The notes beneath the pieces were generated by a model, which ran no database searches, had not been told where the DNA came from, and saw nothing but the letters and a program-made list of their open reading frames with translations. A DNA stretch of 55,313 nucleotides, filler included, from Catajapyx aquilonaris (taxonomy: Eukaryota), in NCBI GenBank assembly GCA_000934665.2. It is 2 parts of 2 records of this genome, joined end to end, with 100 filler letters (N's around TTAATTAATTAA, not from the genome) between each part and the next. Parts side by side here need not be neighbours in the genome. Positions count along the whole stretch, not along the records: positions 27,715 to 55,313 come from JYFJ02005038.1; 1 more part is not named here. One strand, given 5' to 3'. Of this stretch, positions 36,669-50,410 are shown one piece after another. How positions within the stretch are numbered: the first letter of the stretch is position 1; each line of letters opens with the position of its first letter. A program made the position numbers and the translations under genes.

Positions 36669-36909
36669 GACGGTGTTATGCAATAATGGGTCAACCCACA
36701 AAAAATGTCGAAATTGAGTTAAGTCCAGGAACATACGCCCAAAGGTTCCCACTTCATTCAGTTAAAATCAAGGTCGCGAAATCTGCATACTTCTGCCCAT
36801 AAATGACCGAAAAGAACACTGAATTAACTTCACATACTATATGACCTTCAAAGCCCTTATCCTCAAAATGTTTTTCGTGTGGGTTGACTCATTATTGCAT
36901 AACGCCATC
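36669..36909. mobile_element. MITE with ~32-bp TIRs
   Basis: GACGGTGTTATGCAATAATGGGTCAACCCACA / TGTGGGTTGACTCATTATTGCATAACGCCATC. Confidence 0.75.
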
Positions 36910-36949
36910 AATTTAACAGTGCCGTTAGTATAATCTATATCAACTTCTT

Positions 36950-38210
36950 TCGAGTGACTAAGAATTAACAGCTACGCTAGCAGCTCTTTCAGAGTGATTT
37001 TATGAATCTCGTAACAGCTACTTTAGAGTGACTTTAGGACCTAATACGCTAAGAGCGACTTCAGAGTGATTTTATGAATCTCGTAACAGCTACTTTAGAG
37101 TGACTTTAGGACCTAATACTCTAAGAGCGACTTCAGAGTGATTTTATGGATCTCGTAACAGCTACTTTAGACTGACTTTAGGACCTAATACGCTAAGAGC
37201 GACTTCAAAGTGATTTTATGAATCTCGTAACAGCTACTTTAGAGTGACTTTAGGACCTAATACGCTAAGAGCGACTTCAAAGTGATTTTATGAATCTCGT
37301 AACAGCTACTTTAGAGTGACTTTAGGACCTAATACGCTAAGAGCGACTTCAGAGTGATTTTATGGATCTCGTAACAGCTACTTTAGAGTGACTTTAGGAC
37401 CTAAAACGCTAAGAGCGATTTCAGAGTGATTGTATGAATCTCGTAACAGCTACTTTAGAGTGACTTTAGGAGCTAATACGCTAAGAGCTATTTCAGAGTG
37501 ATTTTATGAATCTCGTAACAGCTATTCTACCAACTGCTTAAGAATGGCTGTGGGAAACACTTAGGAGCACCTCTATCACTGACTTTAGGAATCATGTAAC
37601 AGCTCCTTTAGAGTGACTTCAGGAGTTTATACGCTAAGAGCTATATAAGAGTGATTTATGAATCAGGTAATAGCTATGCTACCAGCTGCTTAAGAATGAC
37701 TTTGGGAAACACTTGATACCTAATCTAACAGGCTTCTTAAAAGTGACTTTAGGGATTAATGACTAGGCTAACAGCTACTTGAGTGATTTTATGAATCACG
37801 TAACAGAGTTTAAAGTGACTTAAGGAGTTAATACGCTTAGAGCTTTTAAAGATTGATTTATGAATCACTTACGAGCTCATATAACAGCTGCTTAAGAGTG
37901 ACTTTAGGAATCACTCCATAACTCCTCTTGCAGCTGCGTAAGAGTGAATTAAGGACGCACTTAATTGCTCCTCTTACAACTTCTTAAGAGTGACTTTAAG
38001 AATCACCTAAGAGCTCCTCTAACCGCTAACAGCTATTCCACCAGCTACTTAAGTGTGACTTTGGGAGACACTTTAAGAGCTTATTTAACAGCCGCTTAAG
38101 AGTGACTTTAAGAATCACCTAAGAGCTCCTCTAATAGCATTTTAAGAATGAATTGAGGAATTACTCAATAGTTATTCTAACATCTTCGTATAAGGGTGAC
38201 TTAAGGAATA
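36950..38210. repeat. 72-bp minisatellite (about 7 clean units, 37015-37518) with a degenerate tail
   Basis: Unit CAGCTACTTTAGAGTGACTTTAGGACCTAATACGCTAAGAGCGACTTCAGAGTGATTTTATGAATCTCGTAA starts at 37015, 37087, 37159 and so on. The unit is a dimer of ~38 and ~34-bp related subunits. Confidence 0.92.
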
Positions 38211-39395
38211 TTTATCACCTGATATTTATATAACAGATATACTCGAAGAACTGTCTTTGGAATCTGCTATAATAATAACGGGTTTTATTTCAGTTTAACA
38301 TGAACTGGCCAACTTGTGCCGTGGCCTGCGGCTGAAAATTGGCCAATTTTTTGGCGAATGTAGGTCGGCCGCGGAAACGGGTCCCCGATATTCGCAACAT
38401 TATCAGGTGTCCTCAAACCCACCCACTCTGCTGGTCCACCTCCCAAAAAAAGTGTGGGTGTGTGCAGAGTGTGCCATAAATCACACTTTGAAAGCTTATC
38501 CAGCCATAGCTTCCAACCCTACCCCCCTTTCCACCATCCATCTCTTTGCGAAAATCCCGGTTATATGCAAAATAGGCGAGCTAAATTATTATGGAGGTCG
38601 GCCGCAATAACTTTGGCCAAAAATGCGCATGATGACTAATGATTGTTAAGACGAGAGAGTTTTAGTTGGCCTTCCCGGAATACATGTTAACAAAGTTATA
38701 TTGTGCCAGAGAAACCCAAGCCAGCGGGTGACGGGACCAAAGCTAATCCGCAAATTAAAGCTGCATTGTTGCCAGGTCGATGCTTTCCCTGCGACCTGTT
38801 TCTGATAAGCGATAACAGGTTTGCATAAACCGTCATTAATCTAGGGTAGATTTAGGCAGCGCAAGATGCCAAACTGGAGCACTAACTGATTAGCAATTGG
38901 GTTCGAAAAATGGGGACAAACTATTGCCAAATTTTAGCCATCTAATATTTGCAATATTTCGATATTTCATTTTATTTCATTCGATTTCTTTAATTCATTT
39001 GTATTAATATTATACAGGGTGACTCTAAAGCCACGATACCAATTCTCAACCAATAATATAATATTATTATTGCTTATATGTGTCCAGACTTTAGTCACCC
39101 TGTATTGGATTTTGGTATTAATTTAAGTTAACTATTCATTGATTAATTGGGTTGTTTATTTGGTTCGTTTAAGTTATTTAATAATTTGCTATATTTATTC
39201 AATAATTAATTTCATTGTTTTATTTTTACTCTTTATTGATTTATTGTACGTGTTATATTATTCACCTTACTTATTCAGTTTATTTTTATTTACATTTATT
39301 TGTGATTTTAGTTATCCAATCGTTTCATTTCATTCATTAGTGGATTATTTATTTAATTTATTAATGAGTTTTTGTCGTTTTATTTTATTTATATA

Positions 39396-39660
39396 ATTAG
39401 CAATTTTATTTAACGAATTATTCGAATTAATTTTAGTTATTTTTGTGTAATTTTTTACATAGTTGTTGTTATTTATAATAATTTAATTATTTAGCATTAT
39501 TTATTTTATTAATGGATTGTTGTCGGGTTATTTAATTATTTATATCATTAGCAATTTATTTAACGAATTATACGAATGAATTTTAGTTATTTAGTGTAAT
39601 TTGTTACATATTTACTGTTATTTATAATAATTTAATTATTTCAAAGCATTATTTTATTTC
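39396..39660. repeat. AT-rich tandem duplication, period ~151 bp
   Basis: ATTAGCAATTT(T)ATTTAACGAATTA...TTATAATAATTTAATTATTT occurs at ~39396 and ~39547. Confidence 0.7.
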
Positions 39661-42029
39661 ATTTTCATTAGTACGTATAATTTAATTGATTTCTTTATTT
39701 TTTACTTTACTTAAGAAATAAATCCATATTAATTTTGGTAAATTCGTAAATCTACGGTAAACTGAGATTATTTTAATCTGACTTGAAACAACCGAGGTGG
39801 TTTAGATTCTAATCACGTTCCTGATCCTGCAGCATTCTCGCCTTTTATTTAACTTATATTGTTATCCCAAATGTGGCGCAGGATTGGATCCATATGCATG
39901 GGTAGTGTCTGGAGGACCCAACAAGAGGGCGTTAGTGATGCATTAACGAGGTTGCCAGATGGATCCCAACATGCACTTTAATATGGCGAAGGTTCCATAC
40001 CGAACTGGGGGGGGGGCCTTCTTTTTATTATACTGTATACAGTAAGGCTAGGCTAGGTTAGTTTATCCAATTTTCATAACTTCGCGTAAAAAAAAACTGT
40101 ACGCACTGATCTGGTACCTCTGCAGCTTTGGCTGAATCATTAGGCGGAACACCCTGTACATTTTGGTGTCTTGGCCAGGGCAGGTGGTGAATCGTGCGTG
40201 AATCTTTCATGCGCTTCGGGACACATAAGACCGCGACAATGTGTTTGCGCAGCGGAACATTCCGGAGCGAATTGTCAACAATATTGTCGTAATGCAGTCG
40301 ATTGTAGGATAGTCGTTTGCCGGAAATGTTTACAGCGCCTGAGGGGGGTAACACGGTTATAGTGCTGCAGTGTGAATTGCTCAAGCTGTAAGGCTCCTCC
40401 CCCTGAATTGAGAAAAGGAAAGAAAAGTAAGTGTGCACTGTAAGTCTGAATGGAGGCAGTACATTTCGTCTCAAAGCACTGGTGCAAAACCCTAGTGGAA
40501 AGTTACCAGGAAAGTTTACGCGTTTTCAGTTGAAGAGGACTGTACAGTACAAGCAATTATTATGGAATCCAATATTGGGGGGGCTAAACCATTTAACTGG
40601 GGGGGATTTACCCAACTTTTCGAGCACGTTGAGTTCAAACGTTACCATAAATCCGGGGCTGGTTACCCCCAACCATGCAACGAGGTTTGTACGGGGCCGG
40701 ATGAGTCCTCGCTGTCACTATATATCTTAAAACCATAAACGGAGAGGATCTGGTTGTCCGGGGCGAGTCATCATCTCTGTTCAGCTAGGAGCATGTAGTA
40801 CCATTACCCCTCGGTTGATCATGAGAGTTGCAGGAATGTGCATATTATAGGAAAAATGAGCCATCTATGTGAAGAACATGGTACTATGTGGACAGTACCG
40901 ACATCCGACTATACTATTAATTGTATTATTATATAATAAATACTGTAGCAGCAGCAGCCTACACGTACAAAATTATCCTACATTTATTATTTTATGCACT
41001 CATTAGCTTATTAGCTTTATTTTTATATAATTACTCATTATTATGTCATGTTTTTAAAATATTATATGTTATATGCTATAAGCTATTCATGTACATTTTC
41101 CAGTAATTTGCCGACTTTTTAAAAAATGGATATGATACAGCTTCCCTTCAAAATAGTCCGTTTGACATATAGAGTTACACATGTAACGTCGCAATAATTG
41201 CGAGCACCGCACGAAAATTATTATAATTAAACAACCGCTGGACAAAACCGTGACCGAGTTAATATCAACCTAATTACCCTAATTGGCCGCATACACCTGT
41301 ATTATACGTTAGGGCCTACTGTTGCAATCAATTAATGCGAAACATAAGTTTTGCCCAAAATGTGTCACGTGAAACACGTTTTGCACGCATTTTGGCAAAT
41401 TTATTGCCATTTTATTTATGCAGTGATGCCCTGGAGAAGGGTATTCGTATGCTTTGAGTTTGGCTCGAGTCTGTGCCTCTGCCTGATCGGTTATCAGTAG
41501 TTCGCCATGTATGTGAGATACTGTACTACGTCCATGGTCCAGGGGAGACAGTGTTGCCAACTTTTGATCAACGACTCCATTTTTAAATCGCATAACCAGC
41601 AGACTTTGTTACCTCTCATGTAAGTAGGGTGTCAATTATACGGTATAGACTCTCTCTCCGCTCTTTTATTATGCGGGCCTTGCTCTATACGTATCTGAAT
41701 AGTGAGCCTGAATCCCTGTGTCCCGAGCTGGGGGGATGAGTATGAGCGAGTGAGGCGTCGAAATTTCAACTGACTCCCTAGTCAAACACACTGGATTGAG
41801 AGCAAATTGACGGGTTTGCCACGCCCGCCAGCACACCGTTTCAATATGTATGAGGGTGACATCACACACACACACACAATGAGTCCTGGACCTGGTCAAC
41901 CCTGTCGCTCAACCATACCTTCTGATCTTCCCCAAACCTTCATCATCCTCCAAGCCAAAGGGGGGAGACGAAAACGTCGAAAAGTACCATATCCCTAACA
42001 CTACTGCTACTCTCAGGGTCGTTCTAGGG

Positions 42030-42184
42030 ATGGATCCGGACTTTTCGCCCCCGCCGTTTCGCCCACGGACTTTTAACCCCCGGCATATTGGCCCCCGTGA
42101 CATATTCCACTCTGAAGCATTTGGCTGGGCGGGGGCCAAATTGTCAAGGGGGCCAATATGCCGGGGGCTAAAAGTCCGAGACCC
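42030..42184. mobile_element. MULE-like MITE
   Basis: GGATCCGGACTTTTCGCCCCC ... GGGGGCTAAAAGTCCGAGACCC, with internal GCCCCC/GGGGGC repeats. Confidence 0.6.
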
Positions 42185-42260
42185 TGCGAGGGGTAGTGGT
42201 ACTACATGCACCTAGCTGATGACAAACAGAGGCACAGACTCGAGCCAATTCTTCATGTCT

Positions 42261-42534
42261 TCTTACATAATTATATATAAAGGAGAAAGTTTGTCCACAT
42301 GCATGTCACGGCTATTTAACCAACTTCCGGTGTACTGAGAGTGCTGAAACTTGGCACACTGACGTTTTGCGTGCCGATGATTCCGGGAAAAATCTGAACT
42401 CTGCCATTTTTGAGTATAAATACCCAAAATTTAGGATCTTTGCTGTTTTTAAAGATTATGTTCGGTCTTATCCTCTTCAATGTGGTAGGCTACATTTTAT
42501 TTATCAATCACCGTGCGAAGAACCCCCCTGCTAG
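42261..42534 (+). mobile_element. Non-autonomous Helitron-like element
   Basis: TC start (TCTTACATAATTATATATAAAGGAGAAAGTTTGTC) and CTAG^T end. The 5' end is homologous to 53538-53654. Confidence 0.7.
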
Positions 42535-43622
42535 TTAGTTATCTAATAAATATTTCTCGACGTATATCTGCCTGTCCTTTGTCCGCTATGCAAATCCGTA
42601 CGGAGGCATCGACATACTCCCCAGGGGAATGATTAGGGGTAGTTTTTTACTGGGAATGCCATAAGCACATTGGAATTGACCTCCGAGGTCATCCTTGGCC
42701 ACAGGAGGCGGAAAGGACTTTGGGACAACTTTGGGACGTTGGCATCCTGTTCTAATAATCCGCATTTTGGTGTAAACAACAACTGTTCCAGTTGTACAGT
42801 ATATAGTGACAGTAGTTTGCATATTATTTTGTAATTGTTTATGCGTTTAATTTACTACTGATTCATGTGGAATATTCTTTCGTTTATGTCGGTAGTGCGT
42901 TAATTTTTGTCTGTTCACTTATGCACTTATAGTGGTTAATTATTTTGTTTATTGTTGAGTAATGAACACGAATTATTTTTAATGACGCGTTTTTCATGTT
43001 TGTTTTTTTGCAAATAGTTGCATGTGTAATGTAATTAGTGTATTTGATGCCTGGATTGTTGTACAGTGTGGCTCACAATTTAGCTCACACCCACTGTATA
43101 GTTACAACGTTTAAAGTGCGGTCACTTTTATGTGGAAATCACTTCATTGTAGCGGCCGATTTATTAGGTCATACAGGGGGGGGGGGGTGCCAATGGTCAA
43201 CAAGGATGTTTCCATTCAACCTAATAATAGCGGGCATTGTCTTTTTTTGTTGCCACACCGGACATCACAACTACTTAGCAGTTTAGTTGACAACATTTTG
43301 ATAAAACTAATAGGGACAATTGAGTTGGAAAGAGCCCCTGATGCGGCACAAATTTGTGACAGATACAATCACGCGCTTCATGCATTGATGAAAATGTTCG
43401 CGTAACTAATATTCCTTTCCTATCCGAACCCCCAACCATCATCAGGACAATGCGGATGGTAACACAATAAACGCGGCTTCCACAAAATGCAAGCCGTATT
43501 GATATGCTGAAATTGCGCTGGACATTGTTTTCGCTGTGTGTTTGTATGCCCCATTATGTGCTGATGATGACCGTTGCAATGCGGTACATACATCGGGTGC
43601 ATGACATGCCGCAGCGCACGCC

Positions 43623-44380
43623 CCGACATCTGGTGGGCCCACAAACGAGCTTCCAAAAAAATTAGGATCAAATGTTTACAAAATTTCGCAAATGGCAACG
43701 TCGCAATGGGTTCAGCGCGTAGCTGCTACTGAATGCACTGTATCAGCTATGCGCCAAATTTTTAAGAAAAAAGGAAAGTCGCTTCGCAGTGGCTTATTAG
43801 CACGTAGCTGCTACTGAAAACAAAGTAGCAGCTACCAGCTGCATTTTTCGAACATGGCAACGTCGCAATGGGTTCAGCGTGTAGCTGCTACTGAATGCAC
43901 TGTATCGGCTATGCGCCAAATTTTTAAGAAAAAAGGAAAGTCGCTTCGCAGTGGCTTAGCGCGTAGCTGCTACTGAAAACAAAGTCGCAGCTATGAGCTG
44001 CATTTTTCGAAAATGATAACGTCGCACTGGGTTAGGGATTCGCACATAGCTGCTAATCGCCTTTCGCTGCTACCAAAATCGGATAGTCTACCCGCTATTT
44101 GCCGAAAAAAGCAACATCGCAGTGGGTAGCTGCTACTCTGATTGCATTAGATGATAAAGCAGCTGCGCGCTAAATCCAGTGCGACGTTGCCATTTTTGAA
44201 ATTTTTTGAATTTGGCATCGATTTTATTTGATTGAGAACCTCGTTTGTGGGCCCACCAGATGTCGGATGTGTGTGTAAATGGCAACGTCGCAGTGGGTAG
44301 CTGCTACTATGTGTGTAGCAGCAGCTTAACCAGAGTAGCAGCTACGCGCTAAATTCAGTACGAAGTTGCCATTCTCGAAA
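43623..44380. mobile_element. Foldback-like element with a 162-bp tandem duplication and GTAGCTGCTAC motifs
   Basis: Exact 27-bp inverted repeat at 43623-43649 and 44240-44266. TGGCAACGTCGCAATGGGTTCAGCG recurs at 43693 and 43855. Confidence 0.7.
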
Positions 44381-46399
44381 AAATTAAAATCGGGGCACAT
44401 TTGTTGCGGATATTTTTGACTTTAAATTGCTACAGCGTTGCCATGCCTCAGTGGGCTCACCTGGAGCCCTCCAGCGGTTGCTTGATTCCCCTGGAAAAGC
44501 AGTAAAACGCAGTCCGGAATAAAGCTCCGGATTTAATGGGCAGGACTGGCTCGCCTGGCAGGGGGAAGAAAAATAAAATGGCCCAGGATGGGGGGTTGAC
44601 AAAATGACATTCCGACGCTATTTGCGGAAATCGGTTCTTCATCGCCCGTTCATACGAGGACAGGCCTTGTTTTTAGTACCCGGAATGCCCTGAGAGACGG
44701 TCCGGATATAAGTAAAGCCATCAAGATTGGACTCGCTTTGAAGAGCCGCGCATATTTCGTGTCGCAAAACACGACCACAATAATTGATGACAAACTAGGA
44801 TATGTAGGTGATTGTTGTATGCGTGGAGTTTCTCAGGCTCATTTAGGCAAAGGTGTGTGAACCGTCACAATGGCGCCCAACGTGTGGCCTTCACAACCTT
44901 CAGCGCTACAGTTATCGTTACTTGTAAGCTGAAAATTATACAACCCCCTTTTTTAAATGACAATGGCGCTTTTAAAACTCGTTTGGGAAAAAATGAAGTT
45001 GTGTGAACGAGGTTCATGTGTCCATACTTAGTTGCACCACTTTACTCCCAATCAGGCCTCCCGGAAAAAAGTAGGTCAGCCAAGGTCCAGCGAGAGTAAT
45101 TTTGGGAAAGGCTAAGTACAGGTCCCTTATGAATAATTGCGAAAAGTGCGTCGATAACGATGCTTCATGTAAGGGAACGAGAGAATGCAGTCCCTCCTAA
45201 GTAAGTGGTGTATGAAACATGACAAGTTGGTTCCACAAGTAGAGTCTGGGGGGGCCCCATCGTGTGTACAGAGTGCACATGCACGGTGCGGTGAGCACAT
45301 GAGATGCGTACAGTGCGAGCTCACTTGTCGTGCAGGTCACGTTACGGTGAGGCACAGCGAACATCATGTCTGCTTCGATGCTCCTGACCATCTGCTGGAA
45401 ACATGACCGCAGTTTTTATTTTTCGTGACGTGGATTATACAGAGGGTGGTACTTCATGCGAAATTTGGAGGCACCAACCAGTCCATATATATGGCCATTC
45501 TCAGGGTCTTACGTGGACCTGGCTGAGTTGATGACTCACTCCGCACAACCGAGTGCGCACTAACCCCCGCGCAGCTTCATTGGTCTGACAACGTTGCCAG
45601 ATTACCCTCAGGGGCACCCTCAAGAGCTTTGGCAACGTGGCAACCGCCAGCCATTTTTTATCCTCCCCAAGAGTAGCGTTGTAAATAAGTGTAGCCACTA
45701 TGACAACCGTGCACGCTGTACTGCGCACTCGGTTGCGTTCGTTACAAAAGGCATCCCTCCGATAAAACTTGTATTACTATTTCTGCCATTGCGATCAACT
45801 AGTGAGTGCCTTGCAAGTACTCTGGATCTGAGCAATAGAAATAACACGCGTTCCCTTCCAGCCGGTTCGTCACCTCCAAATCACCCAATAGCAGTAACAT
45901 TGCAAAAGGGAGGGAAGGGGGGTCAAGCAAGCGAGAATAGTGCCCCATTGGCGGAAATGAATCCCTCTCCTCCCCCCCTCATTCCTCCCTCCCTCTTCTA
46001 AACTTATATTTGTGCAAAATTACAACCCGGCTCCAATAAAGCTGGCGTTAATTTCCTTTTCTCTCTCTCTCTCTCTAGCTCTCTACTCTCCTGGTATCGG
46101 GAAATGCATCCCTGCAAATTAGGCTCCACCCATTTCTTCAGTCACATTGTTTTGTATCGCGGGATAGCAATTCACTTCCTACGAATAGTTTATGCAGCAC
46201 TAAAGTTCGAGGGGGGTGTGAGATGAAAAGGGGGAATATGCGAGGGCCAGATAGCGATACTACAGGGTGAGCCATCAGACACAGGGGGGAACAGGCAAGC
46301 TTTTGTGTTGAGAGGGCTGAATGTAACAGGGCTGCTATGGAAAGAAACTGCATTTATTTGAGTTCTGATTTATATTAGGATGCTCATCAGTTTGATATC

Positions 46400-46560
46400 T
46401 TTTTTAGACTTTCAGATCTGATATGTCGGTCTGTCCGTCCGTGAACATGTATCAGGGCCTGAACCGCATGAGACAGCGACAAGCATTTTTTTCAGATTCG
46501 GATTCAGCGTGACCAAAAGTAGGTTTCATGGTCAAAATTTTAGTGACTCGGCCACAGGTC
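46400..46560 (+). mobile_element. HINE/DINE-1-like element fragment
   Basis: TTTTAGACTTT...GTCTGTCCGTCCGTGAACATGTATCAGGG...GATTCGGATTCA...TAGGTTTCAT, homologous to 28180-28371 (-). Confidence 0.55.
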
Positions 46561-47752
46561 TGGTTTTTCGGCAAATTAGAAAAAAATGTCGACTCAAATC
46601 ACGCTCGCACGATTTGCCAACCTTGTTTAATCCTATCATCGTGCCATCTTTATAATCCTCTATGCGAAAGGCTCTAGCACGGGGGTATGAATAAATAAAT
46701 AAATAATATATAATCCTCTAATAATCTAATTTGAGTTTATTAATAATAATCAGTTCATGTTCCTAGAGTGATTTTCCTTCAGATGTACAGGCCATCAACT
46801 CCGTTTCTTTCGGCCATTAAGTGTTGTAACTGCTTATGAGCCGCGGCTAAATTTAAAGTAGCCTACCTGCTACAAATCCAACATGGCCAACAACAGCTCG
46901 CTAAATCTTTGCGCCAAATGGACAAGGGCTACTTTTCACGCATCAGCTTTAATATTGCGTAACAACCGCGCTTTTTTCGGCTCTTTTATCCCCACGTGGC
47001 ATTTTATAGCAGCTGCGTTATTTGAAACCCAGTCTGACCCGTAGCTGCTCTTTGGTTCCCTAACAGGTTTGGTTGACTCACCCTGTAAAATGCGTGGAGA
47101 GGAATAGTAGGCTACTGCAGGGGATGAATGATGTTGGCGAGCCACAAGCGTAGCCAAACAGTTGAGCAGCTAATCTCGGGGCCGTGTGTGTTTTCCATCT
47201 CACACATTTGCTGCAGGAGATATCCAGGCAGAGCCGTATGTGTGGCCACGGAATTAGATTCCGTGGTGCCCTCCATCCCCCCTATACTCCAAAACATATG
47301 GGCCTATTACATAACTCATCGATCCAGAGCCATAAATGTGGTGCTGCATTGCAAAAAAAAAAAGGTAGGGGGGAGGGAGAGCAGGCAATGGAAATTGCTC
47401 AGTGTCACACATGCAACAGACATTACATGCATCCGGGCTTATCATGGAGGTCATCACTGGCACAAATTGAAATCGCATAATTATTCTCCATTCATCCTGT
47501 TTGAAAAATACTGCAGGAATATTCGGGAACCCCGGTTTAATGGCCCCCAGCACGTTCGGGGATTGTTCACTCTAGCAACAACGTTGAAGAGAAGCAAGAC
47601 TGCTGAAGCAGTGCATTCACAAGTAATATTGTTGATTCTCTTCAAGATGGGTAGCTGGCGTAAACAAATCAAATTTGGTTGCTCTTTGTCCGATTTTTTA
47701 ATATTTTTTTGTTATTTTAGTAGCTATTTACTGATTTGTTTGTCATTGTAAA

Positions 47753-47903
47753 AGCTACTTACTGATTTGTTATTTTAACAGCTACTTACTGATTTGTTAT
47801 TTTAACAGCTACTTACTGATTTGCTATTTTAACAGCTACTTACTGATTTGCTATTTTAACAGCTACTTACTGATTTGCTATTTTAACAGCTACTTACTGA
47901 TTT
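47753..47903. repeat. 27-bp tandem array (about 5.5 units)
   Basis: Unit CAGCTACTTACTGATTTG(C/T)TATTTTAA. Confidence 0.9.
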
Positions 47904-49003
47904 ATGCTATATTAATAGCTGTTCATGCCGATTTATGTTATTTTTTCCGTTTTTACTGATTTTTTATATATTTACGCTGGTACTTAATTATTTACTTAAT
48001 TCCTGATTAATTCCGAACAAAATTACAATTTGTTCAATATTGTTCATTTATTAGGTATGAAAATAATTTATTTTTGCATTAATATAATGGTGTTTGTGCT
48101 ATTTGTGTTTACTTTTGCATCGCATTTACCTGCTAAGTTTTTGCATTTAATTTGTGCTCTTTTAAGAAATTTCTTTGTTGATTTTAGGCTCAATTTTGGA
48201 GTTACGCTTATATTTATTCAGTTTGTTGATGTACTTTATTCAAGTTGTTATTTGACTCGGACACTCTACACCTGTATACATAATGTATGCTCTAAACTAA
48301 TAGTGTTTTTTTGTTGCAAATTCCCCAGTTCTGGAGCACTGGTTAAATAATGGACCGCGAAACAAAATTCGCAGAAAAAGCCTTCACCTGGCCGCAATGT
48401 TGGTGACCTCCCAGGGTGACCCCTCGGTGACACTAAATCCTGGTTAAGGCCAGGCCGGTTGGCGTCGGGGCCCACGGACTTACTGCTGCGAGCTAACCTG
48501 GGTTTACGACACCCGTTGCCACCCACATTCCGATCCCCCTCCTCCCCACTCCTCTCTCTGGAGGTAACACACTCCCTCCTCCTCTCCCCACTTTTAGGGA
48601 GGTTTCCAGCAGCCAGCAAACTCTGCCCATAATCCTATCCCAAGCCTCGGGGAAAAGGTTTGCAAAACTTTTTTTTTTTTTTTTAAAGTGCGCCTGCAGG
48701 ACTTCCAAAAAGGGGTCGTTGCCGGAATGGTAACCCTGCGAATCAGGAATGATGACGTCTTCATCAGTCACGTCACTCCCACGTCTTCATCACACGTTAT
48801 TTTCTAACGTGTCCTAATCGCCCCCTTTACCCCGAAAGTGGGAAGAGCATAAATGGGATCAAATGGGAGGCCACGACAGTCGCAGAGGATACAACAAGGC
48901 CTTTTAAAATCAGGCTGCTAAATTACTCATCAAAGGCTATTAACCATTAGTTGTCACTTATTACTTTCAGATGTTCTTATTTTCGCTATTAGAAGTGAAA
49001 ATA

Positions 49004-49215
49004 TTAGCTGTTAAAATAAAATACTAGTTATTTTAGCTATTAAAATAAAATACTAGTTATTTTAGCTATTAAAATAAAATACTAGTTATTTTAGCTATTA
49101 AAATAAAATACTAGTTATTTTAGCTATTAAAATAAAATACTAGTTATTTTAGCTATTAAAATAAAATACTAGTTATTTTAGCTATTAAAATAAAATACTA
49201 GTTATTTTAGCTATC
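49004..49215. repeat. 29-bp tandem array (about 7 units)
   Basis: Unit TTAGCTATTAAAATAAAATACTAGTTATT. Confidence 0.9.
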
Positions 49216-50303
49216 ATAACAATCCTATATTGGCTAACTTCTATGCCATTGGTTATTTTAGTTATAACTTTAACCTATATTAGGCATTAGATATACCCTC
49301 CTATTATTATTTGTTTTAAGTTATCATAGCTACCAGCATATTATACTGTAGTATGAATATGTTATAGGTGATTAGTTATCACTTCATACTATGTTATTAT
49401 TATTTCTAATGATAATTATATTTATAATTTATAATAATAGTTATTTGGAATACCCATGTTATGAGTTATTTAGTGATCATAACTATACCATAGTATTAGC
49501 TCTGTTATGAAAATGCTGCGAGTTATTTTATTTTTAACGTAAACTTATATTAGTTGAATGCCATGTCGGTGTTATTAGTATGTTATTTTCGTTATAACTT
49601 GACACAATGTTAGTTATAAGTTGGGAATGTTTTAAACATTTTATTGATGATTTAATCGCGTATTATGAGTCATAGCATAACTAATACGTTATTAAGTATA
49701 TGGGCATAATGATAATTAAAATAACTAATAACGTGGCCATAACGTGGTTATTAGTTATTTTAATTATTGCGAATTAATCCTACTTTAGCTATACATTTTC
49801 TGGAGCCTTGTGACAACCGTTCATTAGTCGAAATAATTGGCATGTCTTTCTTCCTAAGGACGTCGAAGGACGTGATTGGTTAGTCAAATGAGTCCGATTA
49901 GTGATCCTCCACATCACCTGGGGATTGGAGGTCACCAACTTGGAATAATCATTTTATTCCAGGCTGATGCTCTCGATACGACCCAAAGTGGAAGGAGAAT
50001 AAGAGGTGGGGTTGGGAATCCAATTCGGGAGTAATTCATACAAGTTGTTTCCGCAGAATAATGCCAGATAGAGAGAAGCTCCTTGGCAAGTGAGATCCTG
50101 GGTTTCATCGCATATTTATAGGGGGAGAACCTCTGGAGAGGCCAGGGTGTGGCCTATTCCGACCTAAGCCCAATTGGATCAGGGGCCTGTGACACTCCAT
50201 TTCACTTGTGGGTCAAGGAAGGCAGCAGGTTCGGTGGATTTGCGTCCTGTTCAGCCCCCTACAACTCCTACCCCAGCCTTATTGAGACCCCCAGTGGGGA
50301 CAG

Positions 50304-50410
50304 GGGTTGTCGCTTCGGCGCTGGTGTAGTTACCTATAGTGTGTAGCGCTGCGTCCGCCGCCAGGATCGCCACACACTCGGAAACTACACCAGCGCCGAA
50401 GCGGCAACAC
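50304..50410. mobile_element. Tiny hairpin MITE
   Basis: GTTGTCGCTTCGGCGCTGGTGTAGTT...AACTACACCAGCGCCGAAGCGGCAAC. Sister copy at 51803-51879. Confidence 0.7.

Noticed and set aside
36950..38210. CRISPR-like array
   Set aside because: Units are head-to-tail near-identical 72-mers with no unique spacers, there are no cas genes, and the context is eukaryotic.
39139..39396. Hydrophobic membrane-protein-like ORFs (also 40921-41106 and 48030-48350)
   Set aside because: The F/L/I/Y bias is explained by T-rich low-complexity DNA.
47128..47751. 207-aa plus-strand ORF
   Set aside because: No recognisable domain, it reads through A/G homopolymers into an AT-rich repeat, and has no supporting splice structure.
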